Positions 37,460 to 48,868 of a stretch of 64,000 bases of DNA are shown one piece after another. The notes under the pieces were generated by a model that worked only from the letters and a program-made list of their open reading frames with translations, had not been told where the DNA came from and did not search any database. Every line of letters begins with the position of its first letter. Positions within the stretch are counted from its first letter, which is position 1. The position numbers and the translations under genes are program-made. Source of the stretch: Squalus acanthias (lineage: Eukaryota); the NCBI GenBank assembly GCA_030390025.1, contig JASTWF010000035.1, positions 1,054,001 to 1,118,000 on the forward strand, given 5' to 3'.

Positions 37460-39325
37460 TACTGTTGGGCCCTCGAAGGTGACCTCCATCCCCTGTGCAC
37501 TTCCCCCCTTCCCACCCTGCTGCTCCTCTGTAATGTGGCCCCAGTAGCTGCAGCAAGGCTGGCGGAAGGCTGCTGAATGCTGGATCCAGAGACTGGAGAT
37601 GGCCTTGAAGGACGCCCTAGACCAGCTCTGGGCCTGGAGGGCCCGGCTGCAGACTACAGCAACTCTGCATGGGCGGCAGCATCTGTGCTGGCTGTGTTGC
37701 AGGCTGTGCCAAGTGCAATGGGGAAGTGGCAGTGGTGGGAGCAAGAGTGCTGTCATCCTGAGAGAGGACAGCACTTTCCTGCTCGACCGACACACTGCCA
37801 CACCCACGGGGCAGTACCTCAGCATCCGGAACAGTGTGCTCGAGTACAGATTGCTGGCCTGCTGTGGTACCGTGAAATCCCCGGGGGACTGTGGGTGACC
37901 CAACGAGGATGCATGAGAGCAGTCTGAGACTGGATGGCACCAGCCAATGACTCGATTGCAGCACTAAGCCGTTGCGTTGCGTCGGCCTGTGCTACAATGG
38001 ATCCTGCCACCTCACCCATTACACGCGGCATGGGCTCTGGTTCCCCACGGTCTCCCTGCAATTCAACCATCCTCTGCAACGAGGCAAGGATGGGTTCAAG
38101 GGTTTGCGCACAGATGACAGCTGTGCTAGTGGCGGACTCCTCCACGCTCCTAGCCAGTGCATCCATGCTGTCGGGCACCCTTGCCATTGCACCCATGAGC
38201 TCAGTGTGCATGCTCAACGCCTGCGTATTCATGGCCGCGATGTCGAGGTCCTCATCCGAGTCCTGTGCAGCAGAACTCGCGCGCCTACTCACCCTCCGGG
38301 GAGATGGCCCCCGAGCTTCCCTATCCCTATGGCATTGCTGCAGCCTGCTGGGTCCAGGAGATTCACCCTCATCAGACACTAACCCCCTGCTCCCCTCCAG
38401 GGAAGGCGTGGCCCCAGTGTCGGATGTGTCACATTCGGGACATGCAGGCGGTGAGACTCTGGCTTCCTCTTCCTCCTTGTCTTGCACGTCGCTGCCACTG
38501 GCAGGCTGAGGGACAGGCTGGTCGGCTGGTGGTTCACTATCTGAAAGCAGGAAGGTAGAAGAGTGGCTTTAGCGTGAGGGCAGGGGGGCAAGAAGGGAGC
38601 AAGGACTGGAGACAGTTAGTTGGATTGAAAGTGTAAAAGGCTGGTGTTGTGACGGGAAGGTGGTATGAGAGAGGAGAGAAAGGTGATGAACATACCATTG
38701 CTGTCTCCAAGGGGGTCGACCTCTCCAGCGGCCACAGCACCTATGACTTGGCTGGCAATGATCCTGTCGATTCTGTCCTCCAACTCATTCAGGGGGTGTA
38801 GGTCCGCCGGTTCTCCTCCCGTGCGTTGTTGCTCCCGTCTGTTATGAGACAGCTTGGCCTGCAAGAAAAAGGACAGCGTGTGAGTGAGTGTGCAGCCATG
38901 TGTTTGGCAGATGTGCCTACCATAGTTGAATAGCCGTTAATGTGTGCAAGGTGTGGGATGTGCATGTGAGTTGTATGAGATGGCCATAGTTCTTGGATGA
39001 GTGTTGGGCAGTTGGGTTTTTAAACCGTCTGGGCACAGAGTGAAGTTGAGATGGAGGGATGTAGAGGTATTGAAAAGCAGGTACTCACCCTGACCACCCA
39101 AGTGAGATCATTGAACTTCTTATGACATTGGGTGCAGGTCCTTGGCACCAGGCTCCTTGAGGAGACATGCTGAGCCACTTCCCTCCACACCCTTCTAAAC
39201 TCCTGGGGCAATGGCCTCCTGCCACTCTCAGGGAACAGCACTGCCTGTTGCCGTCCCACAGTGCCAACCAGAGCCACCAATGCCTGGTCGCTGAAGCGCC
39301 TAGCTCTTTCTCTGGGCCTCTCCAT
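37460..39325 (-). pseudogene. Harbinger Myb/SANT-like gene, 3 exons (39325-39089, 38858-38696, 38540 to about 37460), frameshifted in exon 3
   Basis: MERPRERARRFSD...WREVA...RTCTQCHKKFNDL; GT-AG introns at the same positions as in copy 2. Confidence 0.88.
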
Positions 39326-39924
39326 TAGTGCTTCCAAGACAAAATTGAAACATAGGTCTCTGCAGGTCGAGATTCAAGGCTGCAATGAGCAGGGTGTGGC
39401 TGGCTAGCAAGATGGCCCCTCCCCTTTAAGAACTGGACAGCGCCAGTCTGTCTGGCTTCCATGGTAACTGATATCGCCTGAGCTTCGGTAGCGTTCTGAG
39501 GTAGCGCCTCGCTCCCCGACGTTAGCGCCATAAGAGAGGTGTGTAGCGCTTGATTTAGCGTTCAAATCACCTCCAGGGGCAATAGAGGCAAATTTTGCAG
39601 TCGGAGGCGATAATTAGTGCCGAGCGCTAAACTATGCACACGGCCGATATTAGCCCCAAAATGGGCAGTACACAATCTTTCCCCCCTATGACTCCTAGTT
39701 CTAGACTCTCCAGCCAGGGGAAATAACCTCTCACCATCTACCCTGTCAATCCCCCTCAGAATCTTGTATTTTTCAATGAGATCACTCTCATTCTTCTCAA
39801 CTCTAGAGAGTATAGGCCCATTCTACTCAATCCCTCCTCATAGGACAACCTTCTCATCCCAGGGATCAATCTAGTGAACCTTTGTTGCACTGCCTCTGAG
39901 GCATGTATGTCCTTTCTCAGATAA

Positions 39925-40547
39925 AAATGAGAAGTCGCACAACACCAGGTTATAGTCCAACAGATTTATTTAATTTTACAAGCTTTCGGAGCTGTCGCTC
40001 CTTCTTCAGGTAGGGTAGCTGTGAGAGAGTCAGTCATTCAGCCTCGGATCTGCGGGTAAGCGTCCTCCAAGGCGGCCTTCGGGATACACGACAGCGCAAA
40101 ATCATAGAGCAGAAACTGATAGCTAAGTTCCGCACTCATGAGGATGGCCTCAATCGCGATATCGGGTTCATGTCACGATACAGAACGTGACTTGACATTA
40201 TGGCCGGTCTTTCCAGGTTTTTAAAAAAAAAAACTAACACAAGAACCAACACAAATGGAGAGGATATGCAGCCAGCAGGTGTTTTGACACGTTGGACCCC
40301 CTGGGACACATCTCATTGTCTTGGCTGTGCTCTTAGTGTGTCTTTGATGTAGGGAAAGATTTGAATACATTTTTCTGTGTTTATATTGTGAATTCTGGGA
40401 GATTCTCTCACAGCTACCCTACCTGAAGAAGGAGCGACAGCTCCGAAAGCTTGTAAAATTAAATAAATCTGTTGGACTATAACCTGGTGTTGTGCGACTT
40501 CTCATTTTTGTCCACCCCAGTCCAACGCCGGCATCTCCACATCATCA
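39925..40547 (+). mobile_element. 5'-truncated Penelope-like element with inverted terminal segment
   Basis: GIY-YIG C-terminus HSASDLRVSVLQGGL...EQKLIAKFRTHEDGLNRDIGF (40035-40190); about 106-bp inverted repeat (39923-40028 vs 40404-40509); 13-bp TSD CTTTCTCAGATAA. Confidence 0.9.
40420..40455 (+). ncRNA. Minimal type I hammerhead ribozyme motif (inverted copy at about 39977-40012)
   Basis: TAC-CTGAAGA-A-GGAGC-GACA-GCTCC-GAAA-GCTT-GTA: catalytic core, stem II, palindromic AAGCTT stem III; typical of Penelope pLTRs. Confidence 0.75.
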
Positions 40548-41070
40548 CTTTCTCAGATAAGGAGACCAGAACTGTGCACAGTACTCCAGGTGTGGTCTCA
40601 CCGGAGCCCTGTACAATTGTAGCGAGACTTCTTTACTCTTGTACTCCAAACCCCTTGCAATAAAGGCCAACATGCCATTTGCCTTCCTAATTGTTTGCTG
40701 TACTTGCATACAACTTTCTGTGTTTCCTGTACGAGGTCACCTAAATCTCTCTGAACACCAACATTTAATCGTTTCTCACCATTTAAAAAATATATATTTT
40801 TTTATTCTTCCTACCAAAGTGAATAATCTCGCATTTACTCACCTTATATTCCATCTGCCACCTTATTGCCCACTCACTTAACCTGTCTATATCCCTTTGC
40901 AGGCTCTTTGTGTCCTTCTCACAACTTACTTTCCCACCTAGCTTTGTCAGCAAACTTGGATACATTGCACTCGGTCCCTTCATCTAAGTCATTAATATAG
41001 ATTGTAAATAGCTCAGGCCCAAGCACTGATCCTTGCAGCACCCTACTAGTTACAGCCTGCCAAACTGAAA

Positions 41071-44000
41071 TTTTTTTTTTTATTCGTTCATGGGATCTGT
41101 GGTACTCCCACAGTGCTGTTAGGGAGGGAGTTCCAGGGATTTTGACCCAGCGACAATGAAGGATCGGCGATATACTTCCAAGTCAGGATGGTGTGTGACT
41201 TGGAGGGGAACTTGGAGGTGGTGGTGTTCCCATGTGCCTGCTGCCCTTGTCACTTGTGTGGTGCATAAATCCCAGGATGGACTGGTTGGGCTGAATTGTC
41301 TGTTTCTGTGCTGTATATCCTATGCAATCCTATGAATGTTACCTAACACTTATCAGGCAAGTCTGAATGTCATCCAGGTCTTGTTACATGCGGGCGGTAA
41401 TTGGTCGGATTGGATTTGTCCCGCTTTTTGTGGACAGGACATACCTGGGCAGTTTTCCACATTGTTGGATAGATGCCAGTGTTGTAGCTGTACAGGAACA
41501 GCTTGGCTGGAGGCGCGGCTAGTTCTGGAGCACAAGTCTTCAGCACGACAGCCGGGATGTTGTCAGGGCCCATAGCCTTTGCTGTATCCAGTGCGCTCAG
41601 CCATTTCTTGATATCACGTGGAGTGAATCGAATTGGCTGAAGACTGGCTTCTGTAATGATGGGGACCTCAGGAGGAGGCCGATGTGGATCAGCCACTCAG
41701 CACTTCTGGCTGAAGATGGTTGCAAATGCTTCAGCCTTGTCTTTTGCACTCACGTGCTAGGCTCCACCATCATTGAGGATGGGGATATTCATGGAGCCTC
41801 CTCTTCCCGTTAGTTGTTTAATGGTCCACCACCATTCACGACTGGATGTGGCAGGACTGCAGAGCTTTGATCTGATCCGTTGATTGTGGGATCGCTTAGT
41901 CCTGTCTATAGCATGCTGCTTCCGCTTTTTAGCATGCATGTAGTCCTGTGTGGCTTTTAAAAAAATTCATTTATGGGATGTGGGCGTCGCTGGCAAGGCC
42001 AGCATTTATTGCCCATCCCTAATTGCCCTTGAGAAGGTGGTGGTGAGCCGCTTTCTTTAAACGCTGCAGTCCGTGTGGTGAAGATACTCCCACATTATTG
42101 TTAGGGAGGGAGTTCCAGGATTTTGACCCAGCGACGATGAAGGTTCAGTGATATACTTCTAAGTCAGGATGGTGTGTGACTTGGAGGGGAACTTGGAGGT
42201 GGTGGTGTTCCCATGCGCCTGCTGCCCTTGTCCTTCTAGGTGGAAGAGGTCGCGGGTTTGGGAGGTGCTGCCAAAGAAGCCTTGGCGAGTTGCTGCAGTG
42301 CATCTTGTAGATGGTACATTCTGCAGCCACGGTACGCCGGTGGTGGAGGGAGTGAATGTTTAAGGTGGTAGATGGGGTGCCAATCAAGTGGGCTGCTTTG
42401 TCCTGGATGGTGTTGAGCTTCTTGAGTGTTGTTGGAGCTGCACTCATCCAGGCAAGTGGAGAGAATTCAATCACATTCCTTACTTTTGCCTTGTAGATGG
42501 TAGAAAGGCTTTGGGGAGTCAGGAGGTGAGACACTCACCGCAGAATACCTAACCTCTGACCTGCTCTTGTTGCCACAGTATTTATGTGGCTGGTCCAGTT
42601 AAGTTTCTGGTCAATGGTGACCCCCAGGATGTTGATGATGGGGGATTTCGTGATGGTAATGCCATTGAATGTCAAGGGGCGGTGTTTAGACTTTCGCTTG
42701 TTGGAGATAGTCATTGCCTGGCACTTCTGTAGCGCGAATGTTACCTGCCACTTATCAGCCCAAACCTGAATGTCGTCCAGGTCTTGTTGCATGCGGGCAT
42801 GGACTGCTTCATTATCTGAGGAATTGTGAATGGCGCTGAACACTGTGCAATCATCAGCGAACATCCCCATTTCTGACCTTATGTTGGAGGAAAGGTCATT
42901 GATGAAGCAGCTGAAGATGGTTGGGCCTAGGACACTGCCCTGAGGAACTCCTGCAGCGATGTCCTGGGGCTGCATGATTGACCTTCAATCATCACAACCA
43001 TCTTCCTTTGTGCTAGGTATGACTTCAGCCAGTGGAGAGTTTTCTCCCCAATTCCCATTGACTTCAGTTTTACTAGGACTCCTTCATGCCACACTCGGTC
43101 AAATGCTGCCTTGATGTCAAGGGCAGTCACTCTCACCTCACCTCTAGATAAGGCCCCCATGGCAAACTAGTCACGAAAGTAAAAGCCCATGGGATCCAAG
43201 GCAAAGTGGCAAGTTGGAACCAAAATTGGCTCAGAGGCAGGAAACAAAGGGTAATGGTCGAAGGGTGTTTTTGTGAGTGGAAGGCTGTTTCCAGTGGGGT
43301 TGTTTTCTTTGGAACAGAGGAGGCTAAGGTGGGACCTAATTGAGGTGTATAAAGTTATGAGGGGCCTAGATAGAGTGGATAGGAAGGACCTTTTTTCTTA
43401 GCAGAAGGGTCAATAACCAGGGGGCATAGATTTAAAGTAATTGCTCGGAGGTTTAGAGGGGATTTGAGGAGAAATATTTTCACGCAGAGTGTGGTGGGGG
43501 TCTGGAACTCACTGCCTGAAAGGGTGGTAGAGGCAGTGACCCTTATCACATTTAAAAAGCACTTGGATATGCACTTGAAGTGTCATAACCTACAAAGCTA
43601 CGGACCAAGTGCTGGAAAGTGGGATTAGGGTGGATAGCTCTTGGTCGGCAGGCACGGACAAGATGGGCCGGATGGCCTCCTTCTGTGCTGTAAATTTCTA
43701 TGATTTTATGATTCAGTGTTGCAGCTTCCCCAGGTTGTCACCTCATTTTTAGGTATGCCTGGTGCTGCTCCTGGCATGCTCTTCTACACTTGTTATTGAC
43801 CCAGGGTTGGTCACCTGGCTTGAATGTAATGGTAGAGTGAGGGATATGCTGGGCCATGAGGTTACAGGTTGTGTTGAAATACAATTCTGCTGTTGCTGAT
43901 GGCCCACAGTGCCTCATGGATGCCCAGTTTTGAGCTGCTAGATATGTTCTGAATCTATCCCATTTAGCACGGTGGTAGTGCCACACAACACGATGGAGGG

Positions 44001-44463
44001 TGTCCTCAGTGTGAAGACGATACTTCATCTCCACAATGACTGTCATGGACAGATGCATCTGCAACAGTAGGTTTTTCCCTCGTGTTGGTTCTCTCACCAC
44101 CTGTCGCAGGCCCAGACTGGCAGCTATGTCCTTCAGGACTTGGCCAGCTTGGTCAGTAGTGGTGCTACCGAGCCACTCTTGGTGATGGACATTGAAGTCC
44201 CCCACCCAGAGTACATTCTGTGCCCTTGCTACCCTCAGTGTTTCTTCCAAGTGGTGTTCAACATGGAGGAGTACTGATTCATCAGCTGAGGGAGGGCGGT
44301 AGGTGGTAATCAGCAGGAGGTTTCCTTGCCCATGCTTGTCTTTAAACAATGAGACTTCATGGAGTCCAGATTCATTGTTGAGGACTCCAAGGGCCACTCC
44401 TTCCCAACTGTATACCACTGTGCCGTCACCCCTGCCGGTGGGACAGGACATACCCAAGAATGG
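41071..44463 (-). mobile_element. Cluster of a second, non-vertebrate-CR1 LINE clade (CR1/L2 superclade): 3' ends at about 41071 and 41960, RT 42145-43145, APE 43716-44460
   Basis: ALDIKAAFDRVWH, GVPQGSVLGP, FADD; APE YRPP, WVGDFN; poly(A)-like tails; flanked by TGAAA duplication. Confidence 0.85.
43146..43715 (+). mobile_element. Internally deleted CR1 fragment
   Basis: KAHGIQGKVASW remnant fused to a CR1 3' end with (TTCTATGA)-type tail. Confidence 0.8.
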
Positions 44464-45477
44464 TGAAAATGACCCGTTTATCCCTACTCTCTGTATTCTG
44501 TCCATTAACCAATCCTCTATCAAGCTAATGCATTACCCCCAAACCCATGAGACCTTATCTTGCATTGCAAACTTTTATGTGGCACCTTATCGAATGCCTT
44601 TTGGAAATCCAAATATAGTACATCCACTGGTTTCCCTTTATCTACCCTGCTAGTTACATCCTCAAAAATCTCTAGTAAATTTGTTAAACATGATTTCCCT
44701 TTCATAAAACCATGATGACTCTGCCTATTCATATTCTGATTTTCTAAGTGCCCTGTTACCACTTCCTTAATCATGGATTCCAGCATTTTCCTGACAACTG
44801 ATGTCAGCCTAACTGGCCTGTAGTTCCCTGTTTTCTCTCTCCCTCCTTTCTTGAATAGCGGGATTTACATTTGCTACCTTCCAACCCGCTGGGACCATTC
44901 TAGAATCTAGGGAATTTTGCAACCAATGCATCCACTATCTCTGCAGCTACCTCTTTTAGATTCCTAGGGGTAAAAATTCACTTGGTTGCGCCTCCCGTTA
45001 GCGCCTTAAGAGGGCGCTAATGGGGCGTTAAGCCGCTAACGCCCGGGCGCAGCGATGTTTGCGCCGCTCGAGAACTTAACTTGAGATTGTGCGGCGGCGC
45101 TAAAACTTACCGCTGCGACCACCTGCGCGCGCAGATTGTGACGTCATTCCATGGTGCAACGCCCTTGGGGCGCCCTGGAGCGGAAATTGAGTGGCGCCCC
45201 CTGCCTTACCGCCTGGCACTTCCAACGACCGGAAGACTGGAACGCTATCAATCGGTGTGGGGCTGGGGGGGGCGCTATTTAAAGGGGGCCTCTTCCTGTC
45301 TTTTTCTGTGGTCGACATTTATGCACCACTCGTTCTGAGAGAGAGAGAGAGATTCGGAGAGAGAGAGAGAGAGACTTCTACATTGACTCAACGCTTTGTG
45401 AGGTAGTTTTGCCTATTCATCCTAACTTTGTTGCTACTTTAGTTGCTGTACCTCATTACTTTTCTGGCAAAGAGAAT

Positions 45478-46638
45478 ATGGGGGCTGCAATGATTGGGGG
45501 CGTCGTCCTGCTCCAGCTGAATCGGAGGATAGTGAGACGCAGACAGAGAGTGGCAATGATGGCCAGACGGAGGAGGGCCATCAGGCGCATGTACAGGAGA
45601 GCTTACCCTCCCAGGGTATATCGTGAACAGCTCTCCTACATCCATATGTCCGAGGAGCTGTGTTTGCGAAGGCTGCGATTCAGCAAGGAGGTGGTCACTG
45701 AGCTCTGCCACCTGCTGCAGCCAGATCTGCAGCCTCAGCTGAGGTCCAGGACGTCTCTGTCGGTGGCAGTGAAGGTCACAGTGGCTTTGAACTTCTACGC
45801 CACTGGCTCATTCCAAGCTGCTGTTGGGGACCTCGCCAATATCTCCCAGTTTGCGGTGCATCGCTGCATCCGGCAGGTCACCAATGCCCTCTTCAGAAGG
45901 AGACGAGACTTCATCTCTTTCCCTATGACCCCAGACAAGCAGCGTGACCGTGCTCTGGGCTTTGCGAGGGTAGCGGGCTTCCCCATGGTGCAGGGCGCCA
46001 TTGACTGCACGCATGTGGCTTTGCGTGCTCCGCGAGAGAATGCAGAGGAATTCAGGAACAGAAAGGGGTTCCATTCCTTGAATGTGCAGTTGGTCTGTGA
46101 CCACAGACAGGTGATACTCGCTGTCAATGCCCACTATCCGGGCAGCTGCCACGATGCTTTCATCCTGCGCCAGACTACTGTGGCAGAAGTTTTCGAGGCA
46201 CTGCATCAGCCAGTTGGTTGGCTTCTGGGGGACAAGGGGTACGCATTGAGCACCTGGCTGATGACACCGCTCCGTACGCCAAACACCCCTGCTGAGCTGC
46301 GGTACAATGAAAGCCATCAAGCAACCAGGAACATTATTGAGCGCACAATCGGCGTGCTGAAACAACGGTTCCGCTGTCTGGACCATTCCGGAGGAGCCCT
46401 GCAGTACTCGCCTGAGCAAGTTTCGAACTTCGTAGTCGTGTGCTGCATGTTGCACAACATGGCAATCCTCAGGACCCAGCCAATGCCACCAGGCCTTGTA
46501 GCACCACCAGAGGAGGAGGAGGAAGAGGAGGAAGAGGACGAGGACGATGATCATCAGCAGCGCCAAGGCAGGAGGGCGGCCCACAATGGTCAAACTGCAA
46601 GGGCCGTCCGTCAACGACTAATAGCAAGCCGCTTCTAG
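45478..46638 (+). CDS. Harbinger DDE transposase, intact, 386 aa from first ATG
   Basis: HTH region (GDLANISQFAVHR), catalytic GAIDCTH / LLGDKGY / RNIIERTIG, CCMLHN, acidic tail; no stops. Confidence 0.95.
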   Translation: MGAAMIGGVVLLQLNRRIVRRRQRVAMMARRRRAIRRMYRRAYPPRVYREQLSYIHMSEELCLRRLRFSKEVVTELCHLLQPDLQPQLRSRTSLSVAVKVTVALNFYATGSFQAAVGDLANISQFAVHRCIRQVTNALFRRRRDFISFPMTPDKQRDRALGFARVAGFPMVQGAIDCTHVALRAPRENAEEFRNRKGFHSLNVQLVCDHRQVILAVNAHYPGSCHDAFILRQTTVAEVFEALHQPVGWLLGDKGYALSTWLMTPLRTPNTPAELRYNESHQATRNIIERTIGVLKQRFRCLDHSGGALQYSPEQVSNFVVVCCMLHNMAILRTQPMPPGLVAPPEEEEEEEEEDEDDDHQQRQGRRAAHNGQTARAVRQRLIASRF

Positions 46639-46932
46639 GGCCCCTGCCATTGCTACAAACACTAATCAACCCAGCACGCAACCCCTAAGCCGGCCAAGGC
46701 ACCAATAATTCCAACCACCAGCCATGTATATTTTGAATACAGAAACTTATTTATTTTACAAACTCTGTGTGTGTCAATTCCTCATGACAAACTCATAGAA
46801 ATAAACACAAAAAAACAGTCAATAACATAACTGGTTCTCACAACCTGGAGATAATGTCCAAAACACTAAACAAAAGTTGGACCATGAACCTCGGCCTTTA
46901 ATAAAAAAATGACCAGCATTTTGTCACACCTC

Positions 46933-48868
46933 CTACTTTTTGCCCTTCGAGGGTGATCTCCTTCCCTTGCACACTTCCCCCCTTCTAACCCTACTGCTCC
47001 TCCGTAATGGGACCTCAGTGGCTGCAGCAAGGCTGGTGGAAGGCTGCTGCTCGTCAGACCCTGACACTGCAGATGCCCCTGAAGGACGGCCTCGACCACT
47101 TCTGGGCCTGGAGGGCCCGGCTGCAGACTGCACCAACTCTGCATGGGCGGCAGCAGTCTGTCCTACAGGCGGTGGCAAGTGCAGTGGAGAAGTGACAGTG
47201 TTGGCAGCAGGAATGCTGTCATTGTGAGAGAGGCCAGCAACTCCCTGCTCGCCCAACACACTGGCACTCCCACGGGGCAGCACTTCAGCATCCGGAGCAA
47301 TCTGCCGGAGAACAGATTGCTGGCCTGCTGCGGCGCGGTGACAGGCCCGGGGACATGTGCACGAACCATCGAGGTTGGCAGCAGTCTGTGCTCGCGTGGC
47401 CTCCATCTGAGTCTGTATGAGAGCAGTCAGAGGTGGGATCACGGCAGCCAGTGACTGAATTGCAGCACTAAGTGTTAGTGTGGCATCCGCCTGTGCTACA
47501 GCGAAGTGCTCCACACTCCTTGCCAGTGACTCAATGCATTCGGGCACCTTTCCCACTGCACCCATGAGCTCAGTGTGCATGCCCACCGCCTGGGTGTTCA
47601 TTTCTGCAATCAGCCGCTCCTCCTCTGCGTCCATTGCAGTAGGAGTGTCTGGCATACTCTCCCTCTGGGGAGAAGGCCCCCGTTCTTCCCTACCCCCCCC
47701 ATGGCGTTGCTGCAGCCCGCTGGGTCCTGGAGCTTCACCATCATCAGCCCCTTCCCCCCTGCTCCCCTCCGGGGAAGGCGTGTTCCCAGTGTGGGCATGG
47801 GCTTCCTCGGGAGAGGGTGGCACTGATGCTCTGGCTTCCTTTTCCTCCTCGGCTGCAGCATCACATCACTCCCAGTGGCAGCTTCAGGGCCCGTCTCCTC
47901 AGCTGGTGAATCACCATCTGAAAGCAGGGAGGTACAAGAGTGGCTTTAGCGTGAGGACAGGGTGGCAGTAAGGGAGGAATAAGTGCAGCGAGTTAGCAAG
48001 TTGGATTGAAAGTGTCAAAGGCTGGTGTTGTGAGGGACAAGTGGAAGGACAGAGGACAAAAAGGTGATGACCTTACCATTGCTGTCCACAATGGGGTCGG
48101 CGTCTCCAGTGGCGACGGGACCGATCACCCGGCTTGCCACAATCCTGTGGACGCGCTCCTCCAGATCGCTGAGGGGTTGCAGCTGAAGCCGCCCTCCACC
48201 TGTCCGTTGCTGCTGTCTCCTATTATGAGCCAGCTTAGCCTGCAAGAAAAAGGACAGCATCTGAGTAAATATACAGCCATGGTCTTGCCTGATGTGCCTC
48301 CCATAGGTGAATAGCCCTTACAATATACAGCCATGGTCTTGCCTGATGTGCCTCCCATAGGTGAATAGCCCTTACAATATACAGCCATGGTCTTGCCTGA
48401 TGTGCCTCCCATAGGTGAATAGCCCTTACAATATACAGCCATGGTCTTGCCTGATGTGCCTCCAATAGGTGAATAGCCCTTACTGTATGCAAAGTGTGGA
48501 ATGTGTGTGTGTGTTTGATGAAAGGGCCATAGGTGTTGGATGAGTGTTGTGCATTGGGGTTTTAAGACCCTCTGGCCGTAGAGTGAGGTTGAGATGGAGG
48601 GATGGAGAGGTATTGAGAAAAAGCCACTCACCCTGACGACCCGAGTGAGGTCGTTGAACTTTTTGCTGCATTGAGTATGGGTCCTGGGCACCATGCTCCT
48701 GGAGGAGACGCTCTGAGCCACCTCCCTCCACACTCTTCTGAACTCGCGTGGCAAAGGCCTCCTGCCACTCTCAGGGAACAGCATACATCGTCTGCGCTCC
48801 ACTGCGTCAACCAGAGCATCCAAGGCCCGCTCGGTGAAGCGATGAGCGCGTTCTCTCACCCTCTCCAT
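46933..48868 (-). pseudogene. Harbinger Myb/SANT-like gene, 3 exons (48868-48632, 48239-48077, 47917-46933); 5-bp GATGT duplication near 47860 frameshifts exon 3
   Basis: Exon sizes 237 and 163 nt, identical to copy 1; canonical splice sites; removing 5 bp restores SDAAAEEEKEA, colinear with SDVQDKEEEEA in copy 1. Confidence 0.85.
48268..48483. repeat. 4 x 54-bp near-perfect tandem repeat in intron 1 of the Myb gene
   Basis: AATATACAGCCATGGTCTTGCCTGATGTGCCTCCCATAGGTGAATAGCCCTTAC; single diverged copy in element 1 near 38890-38940. Confidence 0.97.

Larger units (their letters stand above)
35525..39686 (+). mobile_element. Full-length PIF/Harbinger transposon, copy 1 (degraded)
   Basis: TIRs GGGGGGAAAATTT / AATCTTTCCCCCC; TSD TAT; convergent transposase and Myb/SANT genes. 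Confidence 0.95.

Noticed and set aside
48268..48483. CRISPR-like array (also considered for the 33-, 32- and 67-bp repeats)
   Set aside because: Head-to-tail repeats without unique spacers, no cas genes, vertebrate context.
45478..48868. Domesticated HARBI1 / NAIF1-type host genes or a bacterial IS5-like element
   Set aside because: Flanked by TIRs and TSD, multiple copies and MITEs, spliceosomal introns, inserted inside a CR1.
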